Source: Ophelia neglecta
Taxonomy: Eukaryota
Reading direction: 5' to 3'
NCBI GenBank assembly: GCA_965285935.1
Contig: OZ260665.1
Span: 25,792,001 to 25,856,000 of the forward strand
Length of the DNA stretch: 64,000 bases
Shown here one piece after another: positions 61,227 through 64,000 of this stretch. How positions within the stretch are numbered: the stretch's first letter is position 1; each line of letters opens with the position of its first letter. Below the pieces are notes generated by a model that saw nothing but the letters and a program-made list of their open reading frames with translations, was not told the origin of the DNA and ran no database searches. A program made the position numbers and the translations under genes.

Positions 61227-63914
61227 TTAACTCAATATAGGTTGACTCCCCTGGTGGATTTGATAAAAATGTGGTACGCCAGAATATTTAATCAAAAGGC
61301 CATAATGTACATCGGCTATTGAAGTCAGAACTGATCTAGCCTTACACCACAGGGCTGGGGGAATAATAAGTGAAGGTGGAAGGTGTATTTTAATGTCCTT
61401 ATCTTGCAAACGAGATTTTAAAGGGCCATCCCAGGTAAGTGTTAAATTTCTGGTCATCACATTGAAATGAAAATCTGCCAAGACGGGAGCGTCAATATAT
61501 TGGAACAAATTTGGTTCATGGGGAGGCGGCTTAATTGTAGCATAATGCCGGATCCAGATTGCAAATAAACTTTTAGGTACAAAGTCACATTCAATATTCG
61601 TTGGGGGGGGGGGGGGGTCCAAAGCAGCATGCAATTCATTTAGTGCAAATATATGGTCTACTTTTTCCTTGCTTCAGTAATAGGCTGTATGATTTGAAAC
61701 ACATGAATAGGAGAAAAGCGGTCATGCCAACTAGAAAATAGAGTGTATTGGGATTTGTGCTGGGTGGGTCCGGTGTGGCTAGGGGCGTTGGTGGTGGAGT
61801 GGGTGAGATTATTATGAAACAATCAATCGTTTTAATTGAAGCTTTTAATGTTAAAACAGTCAATGTTAGTAATCTATAGCCTCGGAAAAGGTAAAGAATT
61901 ATGGAAATTTGGAAGATATGCAAAGAAACAGTAATAAAGAAGAAGACAACTTGGAAATGTTTACTATCAAGAAAGGGAAAATTGACAAAATCTATATCTT
62001 CATTTGTGGGGGGTTCATATAGCACCTCCTTTTGAGTTTCAATGGCTTTTACTAGAGCTTCCATGTCTATGCCCATACGACGGTCTTCTTTGGTAATGTC
62101 TTTTAAACTTTTAGTAAAAGTATGTAAATTTGGAAGATGAATATGAATGGGGTGCTTATGATGTGCCAATCCGGTTATATTGAATAGTTCATGATCATTA
62201 TTAAATAGTACAACTGAAAATAGATTAATTGGGTGGAGGACTATTTGTTCAGATAAATTAACGGCACAATTTTGTATGCTTCGAGGTTGTAAGTAAGAGG
62301 CCAATCGAATGTCACAGCTACACGGGCTTTGTATTATGGCCGTGGTAGAAATTTTGATGGTCTTGGGACGTTTTGAAGAACAGTCCATGTAATATTTATT
62401 TTCTGGTGATTGAATTAGAATTTGTCCTGAAGATAAAGGGTAAATTAGAGGCTCTATTTTCAAATCTGGAAAATATTTTATTGAACAAAGAGTTTTCATT
62501 TCGTCAATTTTGTCCCAAAATATCGCACTAATACATGTATGTTTTGTCCTTTCTTGCAATGCTATTGGATATATATGGACACATATAATGGGTGGCTACG
62601 GTGCAAATAGCTAATTGGTGTGTGGAGAGAGTGGCATAGTACTGTGCATCTAGCGAGACCAAGAATAAGTCAGGGAGATTGGTAATTTTGGTGACACCTT
62701 TGCTGCCTGGCTCATTGTTTTGCACACTGATCGGGAATGTAAGGACTGAATATAGCTTAAATTCACTTGCAACCGTACTAACGGCGGCCTTTACATGTAT
62801 GTATATTACTTTACGGCCTATGACATATGTACTTATTGGCATGGAATAATAACTGTCTACTTCCTTAATAGTTAAATCCATACGTGAATCAAAATGTTTA
62901 ATTCTAGCCTCTAATTTTTGTAGTGCCAAGGCCATTGTTGCCGGTCTAACCATTGTTATGGGGAGGTGACCTTTCATTAAGGTCCCATAAGCGCCTATAA
63001 AATCTTGAATTGTGAGGATATGCTGTCGGAGTTCATTATTAAGAGGTGCGCTTTGTCGTATAACCAATTTTGTCATATATTGGAAAATGGAGAATCCTGT
63101 ACTATATACAGTAATTTCGTCCTGCATGGATGCATATTGATAAGCGAGGTTTTTAACTTTTGTAGGCCTATATGTTTCAGAAATCATTTTGGCATTATTA
63201 GAAATCGCAACTGTGGTAAGATTTAAACGCTGATCGGCCAGGGACATGTATTCAGTAAATCTATCCTTATGATGCCTTGATTGATCCTCTTGTTTGTGAT
63301 GGAGGTTTTCCAACTGTTTAACATGAGCATAAACTGTTTCCAAATCAGAGTGTCGAGCTAGGCCAAACAAGGCACTGCCCAAATCTCCTGTTAAAACAAA
63401 TTTTATTATATAACCATAGGTTCTTGTTTACTGTGGTATAAAAATGCGTGTTTTATTAATTTCAATTTTGGAATTTTTCAATCGCAAACTAAATGTATGG
63501 CTATGAGGGTAGCTTACCTATAAAGCCAAGGGGTGGTGTGCGTCCAAGCCTTTTATCAGTTCGTTTCTCTATTGTTTTAACCCATACGCTGTATTCACGG
63601 ACAAGCTCGTCTAGTTGTTTTGTAAGATTGCCATGCTCTAGAACCAAATCCTGATATATTTGACGAAGGACTTCATAAGAGTAGATAGCTGCTGCTGTCA
63701 TGTTTAGAGGACAGGTAATTTGTACCAAATCTTGTGTATAGTTTCCAAAATCTGGTTTTGGTACAACCAAAATTAAATCCACAAATGACTCTTCATTATA
63801 AAGAAGTCGCGGAGCACCTTGGAAAATGATTCCTGCATTAACACGTGGAACCAAGTCTGGCGGTTGTGAGGCTATTTGTGGCAGTAGCCATATTGTTAGA
63901 AAGTACCAGAGCAT
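61227..63914 (-). pseudogene. env: Envelope glycoprotein, baculovirus-F/errantivirus-like class I fusogen, intron-containing, with frameshift and nonsense lesions
   Basis: Signal peptide MLWYFLTIWLLPQIASQ (ATG 63914); furin-type RTDKR; spliced fusion peptide LGFIGDLGSALFGLA; heptad region; GHLPITMVRP; Cys-rich F1 (CTVATHYMCP, TCISAIF, CSCDI); TM FQVVFFFITVSLHIFQISIILYLF. Lesions: frameshift in TATATAT near 62570, TGA at 61636-61638, probable frameshift in the C15 run at 61603-61617. Confidence 0.82.
63388..63517 (-). other. 130-nt GT-AG spliceosomal intron inside env
   Basis: TTT ATA G|GTAAGCT ... TTTGTTTTAACAG|GA GAT TTG; AT-rich, contains stops; removal joins ORF 63501-63998 to ORF 62528-63382 in frame. 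Confidence 0.85.
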
Positions 63915-64000
63915 TTCAATATTTATCTGATCCGTGTGAGGAAAATGTAAGTCCGACATCCCTAATGAATAAAGTGAAGCAAAATGAACAAATTCCAAAT

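Larger units (their letters stand above)
59676..64000 (-). mobile_element. 3' part of an env-bearing LTR retroelement (errantivirus-like endogenous retrovirus); gag/pol expected beyond the window
   Basis: Minus-strand order is env ORF fragments, AT-rich spacer, PPT, LTR. The Ty3/gypsy assignment is inferred from the env type because pol is not visible. Confidence 0.8.

Noticed and set aside
62528-62580. Second intron or programmed frameshift between env ORFs
   Set aside because: The ORFs overlap with no GT-AG interval or slippery heptamer; a small indel in TATATAT restores CPYPIALQERTKHTC.
61227-63914. Domesticated host env gene (syncytin-like) as the explanation for the intron
   Set aside because: Not preferred because a PPT and LTR are attached and the copy has frameshifts and a nonsense codon. 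It cannot be fully excluded until upstream sequence and raw reads are checked.

Overview
Eukaryotic, AT-rich animal DNA; intron style and repeat families suggest a marine invertebrate, but the taxon is not determined. (1) About 1-31 kb is gene-poor and repeat-rich: an L2-type 3' tail, a 5'-truncated L1/Tx1 LINE with poly(A) and 15-bp TSD, a deleted hAT-type element with a 6-bp TSD, several MITEs and a satellite-bearing Helentron-like element. (2) A complete minus-strand PMS2 (MutL-alpha endonuclease subunit) gene, hand-spliced into 22 GT-AG coding exons (50451 to 32167, 2709 nt, 902 aa), with a 26-bp minisatellite just after the stop. (3) A small, incompletely resolved secreted Cys-rich gene at about 55.4-57.0 kb. 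(4) The 3' end of a minus-strand env-bearing LTR retroelement: a 435-bp 3' LTR, a PPT and a damaged baculovirus-F/errantivirus-like env; gag/pol would lie beyond the window. The most striking observation is a 130-nt GT-AG spliceosomal intron in the middle of the env fusion peptide. Removing it rebuilds LGFIGDLGSALFGLA right after the furin site; retaining it gives a truncated secreted F2-like protein. The env also has extra membrane segments and an unknown C-terminal domain. All calls were made by eye; no database search was run.
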